From assembly GCA_051294375.1 (NCBI GenBank), contig CM119269.1:17098265-17162264 (forward strand): DNA of 64,000 nucleotides, read 5' to 3'. The notes under the pieces were generated by a model, which made no database searches, had not been told where the DNA came from, and was given only the letters and a program-made list of their open reading frames with translations. The position numbers and the translations under genes were made by a program. This document shows positions 45,549-59,975 of this stretch, piece by piece (the stretch's first letter is position 1; every line of letters starts with the position of its first letter). This DNA is from Paraspadella gotoi (Eukaryota > Animalia > Chaetognatha).

Positions 45549-46337
45549 TTTTTTGTGAATCGCCGACAAGGGAATTCAAGGTCTGTGAGGAGGAAGAAGG
45601 AAAGCGAGGAAGATGGAGAAAGGAAAAGAGTAGGATGTGCAAGAAAGGAAAGAATATGAGGAAGAAATAAAGAGAGTAAAAAAAAGGGATTGAATTAGAA
45701 AAGTAAAAAAGAGAAAGAGAAAGAGGCGAAGAAGCTGGAGGAGGAATGAAAAGGCGGGAGAGAAGGAAAAGAAAGTGGCGAGAACTTTTAAGGTGGGAAT
45801 ACAAAATATCAAAAGAGTCGTAAAACGCGAAGAAAGGCGCGATAAAGAAAAGAAAAGAAAGGAGAAGAGGTCTCTCTAATACCGTAAAATAACAAGGAAC
45901 GTGACGCCATTAAACAATCGCTTCTCCGCCCATTTTCCTCCTTTTTTCTTATTTTCTTTTTATTTTTCCCGCCAAAACTTCTGTTTGTGTTTGTAACAAT
46001 GCTCAATTAGTAAAAGAAACATTAGAACATTGATAGAAGAGGAGATTTGAGATTTTTGAAAAGAGAGAAGAGAGAGAGAGAGGATGAGAGAGACCAGAAG
46101 AGAGAGAGAAGAGAGAGAGACAGAGAGAGGAAGAGAAGAATTAGACCAAAGAGACAAAGAGACTAGAGACAAAAGCCGCAATATATTTCACTCGACTTAA
46201 CTCGAAACCCGCTAGAGGAAAAAGAAAAGAACAAATGCCGGAGGAGATCCGGGACAATTCGTTATTCGCCATTATCCCCTTAAAAATCCCTTTTTAGTGA
46301 AATTCAATCGGAAAATTGATCATTAATATAACTGGGG

Positions 46338-46409
<72 letters not shown>

Positions 46410-46644
46410 AAGAGAGAGAGAGAGAGGAAAAGTAGTTTCCGGGGAACATTGAATCTCTCTTTCCTTTTTATCAGGGATGAATTCTCGAGGCCGGCGAAAG
46501 AGAAAAAGGAAAAAAATGAGGTCCGGTCTCTCTCTCTCTCTCCTTCTCTCTCTTCTCTCTCTCTCTTTCTTTCTCTCTCTTATTTCACATGTGCACCCGT
46601 GGGAGCTTCGAAAATAAGTGCCTTCCTTGTCCCCTCTCTTTATT

Positions 46645-47343
46645 TCGGGTTCTTTCACCTGGGAAATGAAGGTGATGGTGTTTATCTTTCAATTTTCTCT
46701 TGTCATCCTCACTTGTATGTTTCAGCTTTAAGCGTATAAGACCTTGTAACAATTTTTTCTTTGCTCTTTATCTCAATTTCATTCACTACTTTATACTCAT
46801 ATTGTCGTTTCTTACTATTTTTTATGCATCTTTCCGCTTTTTCAGTCATGTTAGAGAGTTTACCTTGACCGTCCTTCCAAACGCCTCTTTACGGGCTATG
46901 AAGTCCTTCCGTCATTCATGTCAGCCACTTACTCACCAAACTTCCTAGATCAATGCCACGAGACAGCCCACTGAGACACTGCCAGTCCCAAGAGACTCGC
47001 TGGCGCAAAGGAAGCACAGAATGAGGCCACACATCGTCACATACCTCCTCAGACTCTACTATGACTCAGTATCTAGCAGAGACGGCGTTCGCAAGGCTTC
47101 GACACCCTCGCCTCACGGACTTAGGTTCCTTCGCAAAGCTTCCTTCGATCTTTCCCACACCGCTACAACGTTGGCGCGCCGTGCAGACGGGCGCGACGTA
47201 GGGGCTGGTCGGACGAAGACGCTGCCCATTCCGGTGAGACGCGAAGGTAATGACCAAGGTTTCAACTCTAGTAGTAAGCTCTGACGGAGTCGAGACAGCG
47301 CGATGGCGCGTCACGAGACCAGTTATTGTTCTAGTTCTCGACA
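46645..47343 (+). repeat. 5' LTR (left boundary approximate)
   Basis: Aligns to 58845-59520, clearly from TATGCAT..TTTTTCAG-TCA-GTTAGAG..ACCTTGACC to ..TCGACAC. Confidence 0.78.
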
Positions 47344-50300
47344 CTAAAAGCCATGAGCCTTCTTATTTGATTGGCACATACCGACGTGCCTGTTATAGAA
47401 ATACAGTAGCATTCGGATTATTAGATTTAGATTATGTAGATATTCATTTTTTTCTTCTTTTTAATCGGAATACTATATATTTTATCCTTTCAAATCCCCC
47501 CTCGTGTGACATGGCCTTTCTGCACCGGGAGATGTACGGATGACCTTTCCAGAGAAAGCAGGGAAGCAGTGCTCCACACAGCAATTTGTGCCTCGCAGAT
47601 GAGACCCTCTTCCACATCGTATTCAACGACTCCATTGTACAGCGGAGAAAACCGGCATTCTCCGCCAAGATCGATATCGTCCGCCAATTAGCAATGTAGG
47701 ACGGCTTAGAGGCAAAGCTTCAAATTGCTCAGCAGATAAACCGCCAGCAGTGATTGATGTACCAAACCCTCTTCTGAACTTCCGCGCGATCGGAGAGAAC
47801 GGCAGGTAGATCCTCCAAACCAATCCCCGATATCCTTGCGACAACCCTTACCATTTCTATTGACCGAAATACGAAACGTTCTCGAATCATACCTGGGGGG
47901 GGAGGTCCTTAGCGGCGCAAGGAGACCCAGCGTCCGGCGCGCGGCGCTCGCGTCCGCGCCTTTGGATGGGGCGGATGGGTATGGACCCCTATACTTTGGG
48001 GGGGGGAGGAGACATGCACGAAAGATCCGAGTGACGAAATACTCCAACGCTGGGAGGAGCAGCGACAGCTACGAGATTAAGATGAACCGTCGCATTAGAA
48101 CCACGGTCTTCCGTATCACGGCTTCCCACCTTCGTACCGCTTTTTAGGACCCATCTCGCACATAGCTACGACAGGAAGGAATCGATGTCGTGGATTCATG
48201 AACAGCGCCGACAGTCGTTCGGCCGTCAGCGACGGTGAGGGGGGGGGGGGGCTACGGGGGGCACATTCAACGGCCTGCCGCCTCGACACGAGAACCACTG
48301 GAGGACGCCAACTGCGAGCGACAGACGGTCAGCGGGACGACAACGGGGGGGTTCTTCTGAATCAAGGCCGTCGGGCCTCCGCGAGGCGGAAGTTGGTTAC
48401 AGCGCAGCTAGCCGTACCGAGGTTTGGAGGCTACTGATGAAGAGGTGGATGCGACGGAGAAGTCGTTACGACAGCGAGTGAACAGCAAGGCGTTCGAGGT
48501 CAGATAGCGGCAGCTGAGTACTCGGCGCGGGGGGGGGTCGGGAGCAGAACAGAGCGAGGTACATGAAGCGCGCGAGGGCGCTGCTCGGATAATGCATCTC
48601 GTCGCAAACACGTTATAGCTCGAGCGAGCTAACTGACAACGGAAGGATCAACAACTAAGAGTAGCTTGAAGCAGTTACGTACAAAGCGACCGACCGAAGA
48701 GTCAGCTGCCATTAGAAAGTGCCACCGACCTTCTGCGGCACGAACCATAAGCGTCTCTATACGCTAATGCGCCGGGGTGAGAACTTTGACAATCTCACGT
48801 TGAAGGGATTGACACCTCCTCGTGACTCCGTCTCGCCAGAGAACCTTTTCGGCCGCGAAAATATCAGCCACCGTCGGGTCTTCGCTACGTTAACCTCCCT
48901 AGGCAGAATGCCTCTCTGCCAATTTGAAGCCTTTACGCAACAGCAGAACCAAAGCTCCAGGCAGAAGAGAGAGAACAAACAGCGCAAGGAGAGAATCAAT
49001 ATGAGTAGGATTTGTCATAACAAAACACAAGAAAAAGAGCTACGGTATGGCTCCTCAGTACTTCTTGCACAAGAAGAAGAGAGAGATCAGGATGGCGAGA
49101 ACTCTAGCGAGGATGGCATGCAACAATAGAAAGGATGGGAGTTGAAATCGGCGACAAACGCATGCTAAGAGCAGCCACCGCGGTACTTCCTCAAGCAACC
49201 ATCCGCCAACATTTTGAAAACCCTCACCTGAACAAAGAAGTGCCGCCGAGACAAAGTAGAGAACACTACCGGCATCGCGGCGATCCGACAATTCGCAACG
49301 TCAAATTACAAAGCCTTGACCGACCTATAATACGCAGGTTAGAACAAGAGTCTGGCGAAGAAGACGCATAGCCGCGCGACATGGACACCCTTACAGCGAA
49401 GGTGGGGAAAGCAATGGCAGACAGGAATCGATACCTGAGCCCCTCCTCGATTACACTTGCCGCGCCAGCAGTCCGCCCACTGCTAACCCCACAGTTGATG
49501 AATATTGTTATTTCACAGTCAACCGAATAGCAACCATCCGATGTTGAAGGATCTTCGCCCTTGAGGAAGTCTTCATGAGCGAAGATGCAAAAATAAGGTT
49601 GTTTTGAGAATTCATATGCAACAATGGGAATCGCAATGTCACTAACCAGCATTACTGACCAGATGCGTCACCAAGAATACGCTTGTTTGGCGGGTCATCG
49701 GACACAAACGAAATTGCAGAAATATTTCCAGCCGACAACGATTATGCGAAGCACGGTGCACCGAAGCTAATCACACATGCTGACGAAAAGAGATTTGGCC
49801 GACCGCCCACTGCTTATCCCCTCATGCAGATGCTTCAGAATTGCCTCGCTGGCGGGAAACGCCACCGAAAGCGAAACGACTACATCATGACGGCGATTAC
49901 CCGCTTGAGAAACATCGTCTGGGATTCGGAAAGCGAAAGGCCGGATCCGCCCGAATTTAAACAGAGATATACGATCATTGCGGAGATTCTGAAACAAAGT
50001 TTCCCCAATCGAAGAAAAATTCGCTGAAGATCAACTTCCGAGAAGTTATAGATATTATTATCAGGAAGGAAAATAGAAGCATTACGAATTAATTGAATTC
50101 CAAAAATGACCTTTTTAGCAGTAAAATCCGCTCTATACTACAGGAAAAGAAGTTACCTCGCACTCGACGTCTAAACGGGGGCAAGCGGTTTGTTGGCATT
50201 CCAGCTAAGCTCCACCAGATCGATTTCAAACGTGGGGCGCCGCCCGCCTTCCCAGAGATGAACAACGAATGAATCTTTCGATTCCCTGATGACTCCGAAT

Positions 50301-53300
50301 TCCCACCCAACCACCTCCAAAGCCGAGAAGACGTAAGACGACGTCAGATGTAAAGAGCAACCACCAAGGTTGGCTCCACAACGAGGACGATTAAATACGG
50401 ATAGTGAGTTATGTTGTCGCTCAACAGCAGACCAACGGCAAACCCGATGTGGGCCTCAACCCATCCACCCAACCTTCTATTCACCCAGTCAACAGTCGCA
50501 ACCAACCTATGACATCAACGCCTAACCCGGGAGCGCCAATGTTTATCATCGATCCCCCTGCTCGACACAAACCACACGCACATTTTCATTTCTGTTCAAA
50601 CCCATATGGATGACTTTTGCAGTGAGTATCAGGCTCTTGGAGTTCAGCAACAGAGCGATATGATTTTGGGTTAGAAGAATTGTTTCAAATGCCTGAACGG
50701 AACACCTAGCTAGCAATGCAGTTGGTAGTTCCAATGCACTTTTAGTAGAGCAATCATCATACAACTACATGGCGATGGCTCCGGTACTACGCCGATTTAA
50801 TCCTTACGACAAATACGCAACAATATCACGCCGACAGACGTTTGCACAGCCCACCTACTGTACGACAACCCCCGCCTTCACCCCTCCCTCTTGCCTCCCC
50901 ACTTCTTTATACCCCTTTCGGCCCAGCCCCAGCCCCTCTACAGGTGCCTGGTTGGCGAGGCGAACACTACAGTCAACGACGCGTGATATGGTGGTACCTT
51001 TGATCAAACTCAACCGATCCCACATGACGCGACAACCAGCCACCCTTCATCGCGGCTACGGACAGGCATACCTGCACGTGCTGTCGCCCAGCTGGAATCG
51101 ACCTTCGTCATCGTACCGGTGATATCGACGCAATGATAGTCAACTACCGCATATGATAGATAGTGGACTGTAACTCGATGTTCTATAAAGACAATGAACG
51201 TCGTGGGAAATTTAGAGGAAGTGCAGATGATATACGACCACGGCATGAGAACAGGAGCTCCGTTATACGATAACAATCACATTTCCGATATAGTCATCGT
51301 GATGAAGCCGCTGGGGATCTCGGATTCCGTCCCCAGGGAGGGAGCGCGAGGAACGTCACCGGCGTCCGCATGTTGGGAAACTGCTGGATCGGAGGACGAC
51401 GCCCCCCTTGTAATGAAGATGTGGCCGGAAAACCACATCTGCGAAGGGGTTTTCAATTCCCCAATTCCCTGCACAAGGAAGGTTGGAATGCTCTCGTCGC
51501 TGTCTACGGGATTTGCCTTATACTGTGGATCGGCGGGTGAGGTACGAGCGTGGCGCTGCAGAGTCAGCCGAAGTCGGCTGCATGAGCGACTTTGGTGGAC
51601 GCCGCGTGTGTGTTCCGCGGCGGCTGCCTGGGTGGCGTGACTGACACGAGAGTTGATCCACTATGCCCGTATCACTGCGAAATCAGTACATAGAAGAATG
51701 ACGAGAAAATACCAAGAAGATATATTCGACGCTTATCTTCATCGTGACTTTGTTCGGGCGCCAAGGTGGCAACAAATGTCGCATGCTGTTGAAGCTGGGA
51801 TGTGAGTACGCGGGGGGAACCGATGGAATCATGTCAACGCAGTGGTCTGGGGGGTTATTTGATGAGAAAGAAGGCAGTGGGTAGTTGGGTGTTAGCATGG
51901 GGCGGAGAGAGGTAGAGAGAAAGCCGTCTGAGAGGTGGTGTTGAACAGTAGAGATCTCTGGCAACCGATGCTCCATCTTGCAGTTCGTTCGCGAGAGTGG
52001 AGCGGAGTGGCGGTTCTTAGCGAGCAAGACCAAGAAACTGATCAAGAGTCATTAGGATGAGAGAAAAAGTGTTTGTGGAGAACGGCACCGCGCGAAAAGC
52101 GACGTCAATCAAGATCTCAAAGAAGAGAAACCGATTGACCCTTCCACTTTCACGTGTAGTACGACATGATTAAAAACAATAGTACGTATTTTCATTACTG
52201 CACGCGCAAGCGTGAAGGTAAGATGCTCTCAATGACGATGTTGTTGACTGGCCCAGACTACAGGACAAATTCTATGGCGTCATGTTACTGTTTTCGACGC
52301 ACAGAGTGCATTAGCCCGGATATTCGCGGATTTTCAGCCAGTATTTGTTGAGTGAAAACGATGTACATTGCTGTCCAATATTGGTGTGTTGAGGATGATT
52401 GCAGTACACAATTAGCCCTCTTTGAACTTAGTGTCCCTATTTTTGAATGCGAAAGAAGTCAGCGAATTGTGGAGCTAATGATAGCGTACTCCCAAAGACC
52501 CACGCGGGAGAGAAAAGCGGTGGGAGTGAGAAGGAGGAGAATTGCACAATGGAGGTATGTCGAGCGATTAAATTCGAGCCAATTCATATCGACCGATTTT
52601 CAGGATTCAATGCCCGACGAAGAAAACCACGTGCTCGCGAGATAAGAAGGCCTGATCTGAAAGCTCTATCGCGTCTGGGGTCGAGTTGACGAATGAAAAT
52701 GCTCTGTTGCCAAGTGTTCTAGGAAGACGAACCTGATAAGCGACGTACACAACCAAAACGTTTACTGATGGAAACATATAATTACGTGGAAAGTACGAAC
52801 GACCCCGAGATAAGTATGGGTGGTTGCATTTTCATTTTTTGATATTTATTTTTCCCCATGGCATTAATCAGGAAAAAAGTGTTTTAATACGTTGCTATCT
52901 ACAAAAGGACAATTTGTCTGTCTCTTACCGCCATGCCTGTACGATCACTGGCATCTTTGCCGTTTACGCTGAAAGGACGCAATTACTTCCAAGCCTGCGC
53001 AATACGATCTACAGCAACAGCGGACTGGGATTTCCCCTTCTGCCAATGACTCTCAGGACTTGATACCTGGCCGCAACAGTGAAAGTGCGCGACGAGGTGT
53101 TGGTAGTTCATCAAACTCCCGCGACTGGATCTGCCAACAAAGAGACGACGAACGATCCCGCGGAGCTTCACGTAGTTTTTTCGGACGCCAAGCCAATGTA
53201 GGGCTACGGCGTCACTATTTACGTAGAACTGTCCATGCCTACGAACGGAAAATCTCATGTTGCCTTATTATGTCCCAGGTTCCCAGTGACGCCTGGCCGA

Positions 53301-56300
53301 TCTCCTCCAAAAGGCGCTTCTCACCACAAACCGATCCCGAGATTGGACGGTTGACGCGTTGGCATGCCTCGGTCCAGAGATCTCGAACACACCGTCGGTA
53401 GAGAGGATGACAAAATGGACCGGTTTGAATAAAGTTAGTATTGTGATCTATTCTGAAAAACGGTTTTTGAAACAAATTTTGATATGTAAGGTCTAAATTT
53501 GCAGCTCTTAAAAACCGTTACGCGAATTTAGGAATTAACGATTCACGGGATGGCGCTACGCGCCGCGACGGATGAAATATCCCGCTGACGATGCACGAGG
53601 TCTTCCTGCTGGTGACCCAAAAATCGCAACGTTTTCACAATGGCCCCGACGTCTTTGTGGCCCCAGGAAGCGGATGGCCGGAACAGAAGCTGTCCGCAAA
53701 CCACTCCCAGCAGAATTCCTTCTACGACTGAGCCGACGAAGATGTCGAGACTGGCCACTGGCATAATACGCTCAAACAAACATCCATGTAAACATTGGGC
53801 CCTTCGAGTCGCACGCCAATGTTCTGAACTCCATAAAAAACTCGTTTGATTGCGACGATTGAAACCACGGATCCACGAGATGGATTGAATGGGAAAAGCA
53901 TTGCGGCCAAGACGCAGATGCTAGACCAAGAAAGATAAAATAGGTTGACTTTAAAAGATTTAAGATGCAGAAATTATCCGAATGCCGAGCGCTGCCAGCT
54001 TGTGCTATTTTCCAACGAGTTACGCCAACTTCGAGTAGAAAAGATGTTCGCTCTCCGATGTAAGCTTGAGTTAACGAGACACGTTCTCCCACTGCGCCAG
54101 CTCAAACCATTTCTAGACCTGCGACGTTATACGATATTGCGCGGCCCGAATTGGGAAAGCTAATTTAGCTTATGAACGACGCCGACATCAATTGTTTGAG
54201 CCGAAGATTGGACGAAGTGATAGAGAGAGTCAGGTCCGCGATGGGGGTTCACGTGCAGAAGAGGCGCAGCGGCTGCGGGGGTTGGGACGGTATCGCGGTG
54301 ACCGGGCCGTGGATCCCAACACCGCGTAGTTGTCATGGGGTGTCGTGGTCAAATGCCGCCAGGTTTGAGCCGAGGGCTGTAGTGATGTGGCGTTCAGTTG
54401 TCAAAAGAATTTCCGACTCCGGCGGACCGCAAAACATGGGGCGAATACCCGGACGGGAGTCTGTGACGATTTGGAGAACCATTTCGGCAGTGGGCGTCGA
54501 CATCTTTTGGCCCATTCACGTGTCGTGGCCGGTGAGCGGCGCAGTGCCAAACGTTGGGTATCGTTTGTATACTGTGTTATAATCAAGGGCTATCCATCTA
54601 GAAGTTCTACCACGAACTTATCATCTTCTATCCTTTATAAATCTATTAATCCGCTATTAACTACCCTCGCCCTGGGACCGAAACAAATTTTTCGTGATAA
54701 CGGACACCAACTTACGGGGGTTCGAATCAGAGGTTGAAAGCGCATGTGAAAAAATGCGAGAACGAGCAGGTGCATATAAAAAATGGATTAGCAGTTACGG
54801 AGTCGATATGGGTTTTGGCCCTCCCCATGCCCCCTCAAGGAGAGAGTGTGAGAATTCGGTTCAACTCTACCAAAAAACTTTGACTCTCATTTTTGAAACA
54901 AAGTAAATCTTCAACTGAAGTCTACTGACGACGGCTGTGCTAGCGGTTAAGAAAGACATCCTGTAAATCGTCGAGCCCCTGACAAAACTCAAGCGAGACC
55001 CGCGTGCCGATTTGAAGCCCTGACGCCAGCCCCAAATTCTATCCTCAAGTGGTCTACGCACCATCAGTAAACATAATACGTTGCCGCCGAGAGTCATAGT
55101 TAACGCGCACCTCTGAGAAGTACTATGGAGTATTAGCGGACGACGTTTAAGCCGAGAATTTTGGGGAACGTACTACGAGTATGTTAGTAACGCTTCAACA
55201 GCAGCCAAAGTTGGCCAAAAAACGCAGGAAAATCGATAAGAGGATCAATTAGTCCTAATGGTGTACTATGCTTAAAATCATCGAGATCAATGGCGGTTAG
55301 CGCAAGTCATTGACGCATCCAGTGATAGCACGCACGTGCGACGCGTGCAAGTACGCATGCGGACATAAATCTTTGAACGCGACCGAAACAAACCGTCACC
55401 ATTGGAAATTTATTGATCTAAACTCATAAAAATATGTTCTTCTTTTTGCTGATTATTTCTGACTATGACTTGCTGTCATTTGTTATATATTTTTAAATAT
55501 AATTTGTTAAACTCATCAGTAAACGCCACTATTCTCGGATTCTTATTGCTTGGTTTCACAACTGATTTCTGTATAAAATCTCTCGTTTTAGAACAACATA
55601 AAGTGAGATCACGTTTCTTATTATTTCTGTTTTAAATGCACGTAACTAATTTTTTTTACTTTTCTACCCATACTCCAGTATGATTTCTTTTCTATTACAA
55701 TTAAAATCGCGAAACAAATATCAAACACGCAAACGAAGTTTCCTCCAGCTTTTGAATATACTCTCCTGGAATGCTGTGCACCCTGTTGTTGACGTTTCAC
55801 TCCATATGGCCCATGGGGAGAGCCTCTGCCTTGGATGCCCTTTGGACGTCGACGATTCTACCGTCAGTTATACGCCATCCTGGAGGAACTGCAATTCAAG
55901 AGACCATTATCAGAGAACTCCGAGCAGGGCGAGGCTGCGTGATATTCACCGCCCTGAATCCCCCGCCCAGAGAGCCTAAACATGTTTGCGGAGTAGAACA
56001 GACGAGGGCCATTACCGTCAACTATTTTCACCGTTACGATTTGGGCACCCAGAAGCCCGCTAATTCAGGTTCAGTCATCGATTGTTTAGGGACCTACAAG
56101 CGGATGTATACCAACATGATGACCCTCCATTCGGCTTCTTACGCCGCCCTAGCTCGGCCGACTTGCAACACAAGCGTTCTCGCAGTGTTCGGACGCCCAG
56201 TCCCCGTCTCTTTCCGTAGCCCTCTGCTGCCCGCTGCGTTCCTACGCCTTCCCCTCCTCGCGTCCGCTCGGCCCAGCCGGCGAGAACGTGTATTGTGAGG

Positions 56301-58844
56301 AAGGAGACGGAAGGCAGAACTGGTAAGTGCGCCAGGTTTGCGGCTCCAGCAGCAAAACCCTGCTGCAACACCTTAGCCGCAAAAGAAAGCATGATGCGCA
56401 TGAAGATGCACATCGAAAAGAGACTGGCGAAACGCGCGACATCGAATGTCAACAAGCCATCCGTAGTCCTCGTTCCATCTACAACCGTAGCTGATCCCAA
56501 ACCACCGACCGTTCCTAAAGCGCCTGATCACCCCTGATTCCATCACCGGCTCATACAACGCCCGATGGAACAGGAACATCACTTCGATGTTGCGAAACCT
56601 TCCATTACTCTCCGTCCCATTGTCCAGATTTCAACGCGATCAGACGTTCCTAGTGTAACACCGATTCTCCACCAAGAGCTGAGTCAGATCAAAGTAGAAG
56701 GAAGCAATGAAAAACGACGGAACAACAAACACGCAGAATAGAAAGTAGAAAGACGCAGGGTCCGTCGTGCCGGCCAAGATTAACGCGACCTTCGCCAGGC
56801 GTGCTGGGCCGCAGTGCCCATGCACACGACCGAATGCAACCTCAACGCCAGTACACGACTGTGAACCACACCCACCAGAGCCAGTGAGACGGAGTTCCTT
56901 TGATAGAAATGATAAAATATAATTCCACTTTAATTAAATCAGGACTAGATTAATTAACACGTTATCCCTCCCCTTTCCCTTTTCCCATTCGTATCTATTT
57001 TAGGGAGAAACGATTCACCTGACAATTGATGGAACAGGACATCAACGCTACGGTTTTCGCCGAGGCCCCGCCCGCGTTGGCTGGGCGAGAAGACCAGTCA
57101 ACGACAAGAGGGAAAAAGAGAATTTCGTCTCGGGATCAAGATTCGGGATCCGAGAACGGAAAACGGCGGAGGAGCAAGGGCCGCGCCTTCTGCACCCCCC
57201 AGCAAACCGTCTCTCCCAGCCAACGTCGACAAGCCGCATTTCAATTGGGGACTCCACAGCAGAGGCCTGAAAAAGCTCACCAACGCCACCTCGACGAACC
57301 AAGAGGCCCGTAAGAAATCCGCGGCAAATGAACAGAGGAATGAGGAAAGAACGATCATCGAGTACAAGGAAATGCGGAATAAACAATTTAAATACCCGGC
57401 AACTCCAAAGAAAGAAAAGGCCAACTGTACCCCGGCTCCGAGAAGAAACTACCCAGCGATAGATTCGGACGATTCCGTTTGTAGAGACGTGCCGGGAAGA
57501 GTTCCGTCAATACTGCAATTGTTTTCACGAACATTCACTCCTGAAAGCCGACAAAGGAAAAGACCGCCGCGCTTCCACCCCAGAAGAAGAAACCGTAAAC
57601 TTCCTACACCTCCGCCGGAGACAACACGGCTTGATGCTACGGGAAACCCCCGACGTGTTGTTTCCCCTCTTCCGTGACCCCACCTGACACGTCATTTACG
57701 ACTTCTGCTTTCTACAACGAACTGACATAGACAACGCTGACGAACCCTCCATCTTCCGCAGACGATTCCTTCGTCTCCGTACTATGCGAGGACTTTGTCC
57801 GCAGCCTACCGCCGCTGCGAAAAGGGATTTCCCGGCTCCCCTTTATCCATTTTATTACCCCGAGCGAGAACGGGCCCTTCTATGGCGAAGATGACCGGCG
57901 AGGAGATGAGGGAAGACGACGACGATCTTTTAAAAAAGCTCGCATTGTGCCCGGACACGCTGATAGGACAGTTGGCGGGCCACCAACGCTGATATTCAGA
58001 CCAAAAACCGGAACTGTTTACCGGAACCGAATTACGTAACAACGGAATAAAGTCTTGCTTTACGACTTGCTATGACTGTTCGACCTCAACGTAAAACTCG
58101 TTGGTTTGACAAGACAATCGCGAGGTGACCTGTTTGAAAAGACAAACAGCTTCAATTTTCTAGAGAGCTCAGCTCCACACGTAAAAAACAGGTAACAAAC
58201 GTTTTTTATTATAAGTAAAGTTTAAAATTTCGGTTGACTTTTTATCAAACGTGTTAAACCATTTGCGTCGTAATTGTTTTTTAGTTGATACGGTCTGTTT
58301 ATTTTGCTTAAGATTTACTTCATCTAATTTAGTTTTTTAATTCGATTTCATTGTTCACACGAAATTTATTTTCTTAAATTTGTATCACTGTCCTTTCAAG
58401 TAACGTTAAAAATCCGACGCACAGAATTTCGTAGGTTTCTATTCATTACAAGTTCATTTCGTTTCGTTTTATGACAATCAATGATCAAGAATAGTGAACA
58501 GTGTTAAAATGTTACAAATGATTACAGTAAAAAGAATAACAATGATTATAGGTTTCATTTTACATACTTATCATTACGTTTGCAGACGGGCCCATTTAAA
58601 AAAAAAAATTAATATAAAAAAATTAAATAGGACCATTTTTTTCCATTTAATCTTTCCATTTCATTTATTTTCCGTTTTCAAATCTTTCCCCATCCCTCTC
58701 TTTTTTTTTTTTTTTCTCATTTTATTCATTCTACTTACTTTCTATTTCCCTTTTCTTTATTTTCCTCATTTCATTTTTTCCCTTTTTCTACTTCTCCCCT
58801 TTCATCTTCTCTCGATTCACCTTCCCACGGGCATAAAGGGCGAT

Positions 58845-59520
58845 TTTTCGGTTCCCTTAGGGAAGCCGGAGGTGGGGGGTGATGAGAGATTGCGCTGTTT
58901 TTTATTCATTTTTCTCATTATTTTGCTCATTTTATTTCCATTTATTGTCACGTTGAACTTTTTCTATACATTTCGGTCTGCTTTTTCTATACTCTTTTGT
59001 ATGCATTTCTTTTCCCTTTTTCAGGTCAGTTAGAGGAGTTACCTTGACCCGTCTCCAAACGGCTCCTTTACGGGCTATTGAAGTTCCTTCCGTCTTCATG
59101 TCAGCCCTTTACCGTCACCAACTTCCTAGATCAAAGGGCCACGAGAGACAGCCCACTGAGACACTGCAGCCCAGAGACTCGCGGGCAACAAGGAGGCACG
59201 CGAGGAGGCCACATGTCACTAAGCCTCAGACTCACTATGGACTTTCGTGACTCTTAGCAGAGACGGCGTCGCAAGGCTCGAACACCCTCGCCTTCAACGG
59301 GACTTGGGTTCCTTCGCAAGCTCCTTCGACTTTCCACACCGCTACACGGGGTCGCAGAGGCTGCGACGGTCTCCAAGGGGCGTCGGACACAGATCCTTGC
59401 GCCCACTTCCGTGAGGACGCGGAGGTGAAGACCAAGGTTCACCTCAGTAGTAGCCTGACGGGGTCGACACGCGAGGAGGCGTCACCCGAGACAGGTTGGT
59501 TCTGTGTTTTCTTCGACACA
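58845..59520 (+). repeat. 3' LTR (left boundary approximate)
   Basis: Cleaner copy of 46645-47343, ends in ..TCGACACA; preceded by purine-rich GGCATAAAGGGCGA (possible PPT). Confidence 0.78.
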
Positions 59521-59796
59521 GAACCGCAATATGGACGGAAGCGTTTCAAAATATTTTTTTCTTACAATCCCTAAAAATCCTTTAAAAATGGGATTTTTTT
59601 ATTATTAAATTTTTCAATAAGTACTAAAGTCATATCGGTTTTCAATTGCTTTAAATTGTGAATTTTTAAAATAAAAAGTTAAGCGAAACGATTTGCCTTC
59701 GAAAAATCCGATCACTTTCTCTCCAATTTATATTGCCCATGAATGCCCTCCCAATAGCGATAAGTTTAATTAACTGGGGGGAAAGAGCAGAGAGAT

Positions 59797-59836
<40 letters not shown>

Positions 59837-59937
59837 AAAGTAGTTTCCGGGAAACATTGAAATCTCTCTTTTCCTTTTTATCACGCGGGATGAAATTCTC
59901 GAGGCCGGGAAAGAGAAAAAGGAAAAAAAGAGGTCGG

Positions 59938-59975
<38 letters not shown>

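Larger units (their letters stand above)
46645..59520 (+). mobile_element. BEL/Pao LTR retrotransposon, about 12.9 kb, frames broken by very dense indels
   Basis: Bounded by direct repeats. Motif remnants in Pao order: RT entry LNDxLLTGP (about 52230), RNase H ELHVFSDAS..GYG..Y (53160), TIPRL (53335), WRY..T.ENPADDA.RG (53550), integrase PFSAVGVDIF.P (54480), KRW..TC..RAIHLEV (54550), DNG.N (54695), and a DUF5641-like FW..EY / QWRLA (55160-55305). Confidence 0.88.

Noticed and set aside
47021-55100. Dense short ORFs read as a prokaryote-like operon or viral insert
   Set aside because: They are frameshifted pieces of a single BEL/Pao gag-pol region bounded by LTRs.
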